A DNA stretch of 64,000 bases from Euprymna scolopes (Eukaryota): assembly GCA_053919585.1 (NCBI GenBank), contig CM132791.1; one strand, written 5' to 3'. A program made the translations under genes and the position numbers. How positions within the stretch are numbered: position 1 is the stretch's first letter; the number at the start of each line of letters is the position of its first letter. Below are positions 62,779 through 64,000 of the stretch, in pieces. The notes under the pieces were generated by a model. That model saw only the letters and a list, made by a program, of their open reading frames with translations. It was not told where the DNA came from and did no database searches.

Positions 62779-63756
62779 CATATGTGTGTGTGTGTATTAT
62801 CGTGGTTGTAATTTCTTTAAAGAACACATCCACGCCTACAAAATTAATATCTCCAGTTGTAGTAAGAGAGATGAGGGGGAGATAGAATTAGTAGAATCGA
62901 TTGCTTTATGAGAAAAGTTTTATCAGTTTTAGAATGTACTGTGCATTTTAAAGCAGTTTACATCCGTACATTTTGCAGTGATGTTTCCATATTTGTAACT
63001 TTTGAATAAAACCAATAAAAATCTGACAAACTATTTTCCACGCTAGATACCCACTCTTTCTAATGACACATTTTTCTAAAATATGATGAATAATCACAAG
63101 GAAGTAACAATATGTATATTGTTACTTCCTAGTCTTTATAATATCCCCAAACTTAACCAATAAAAGAAGAGCAGTCTCTATGAAAGATCTTTGTGTTTTT
63201 TTTAATACGCTTATATTTTAATAAATAAATGCGATATACATCTCCCCCTCTCTCGATAAAATATATATATGTATATATGTTGTGTCTGCACAAATAATTA
63301 ACAAGAACACGGAAAGTAAAGGTATGCAATAATATATTAGGAAGAAAAGTTATATACATATTTACATGACTTCAGATATACTTCAGTTGGAGATATTCCA
63401 GCAGGTGGCGTGTTGCATGTCTTACTGGAGGCAACGTAGGCGTCTTGCCTATTTGGCGGTCGTTGCCGAACTCCCCCGGTATTGGTGATTGATACCTTTA
63501 TATATCTCACTCACCCACCTATGTTAATTAGTAGGCGTCTCTACAACAATATATGTATATATATATATATATATACATATATATATACAATTAAATAATT
63601 GTATACACACACATACACACACACACACACATATATATACTTACTACCTAGATCTACCTACGTATTGAGTATTGTTGAAGTAAATACTTTACGCATAAAT
63701 TTGTATTTCGTATATTAGTTTATGTGATTAAATGAAGTATATATATATACATATAT

Positions 63757-63810
<54 letters not shown>

Positions 63811-64000
63811 TTTGGTGGTTAAATTTTAAATTCTGAAAAAAAACAACACATAGACGCATATATTCGAATTAAGAATTTATTGTTTGACAAAAGAGACTAC
63901 ATTAACCAACACGCACTCAACGCACCAACGAATACGGCTGCCCCGTTTACCTTTCGAAAAATCAATAAAGAATTATACGCTTTTTCTATATGGGAATATT

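Noticed and set aside
1-64000. Fanzor/TnpB-like, Cas-like, viral or other intact novel enzyme system
   Set aside because: No ORF outside TE remnants, gaps and simple repeats is long enough or shows RuvC/HNH/HUH/recombinase motifs; every recognisable coding remnant is a disrupted retroelement or Tc1/mariner gene.

Overview
AT-rich eukaryotic sequence, most likely from an invertebrate animal, on a draft scaffold with four N gaps (7151-7341, 15817-16196, 37937-38130, 39949-40088). I see no intact protein-coding gene, rRNA, functional tRNA or CRISPR array; the window is a nested graveyard of decayed transposons. LTR elements: two diverged copies of an unusual family with mixed Gypsy/BEL-like motifs (9391-12724 +, about 43790-47322 -) and one Mag-like Gypsy element (19879-23248 +). 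Non-LTR elements: several R4/Dong-type pieces (all on -), a CR1/Zenon-type LINE in three copies, and an RNase H-bearing LINE split by later insertions. DNA elements: two Tc1 elements, a mariner fragment, MITE/foldback elements and several non-autonomous Helitron-type ends (hairpin + CTAG). Also present are a Penelope-like inverted terminus and minisatellites of 27, 28, about 45 and 53 bp. The only host-gene candidates are a disabled Ly6/three-finger-like exon (53113-52898, -) and an unidentified open exon-like segment (58851-58603, -). I cannot support a clearly new biological system. The best leads are the hard-to-classify LTR family, the Helitron-type family carrying a tRNA-like head next to a minisatellite, and the Ly6-like pseudo-exon. 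All assignments come from motif reading by eye, and boundaries of degenerate elements are approximate.
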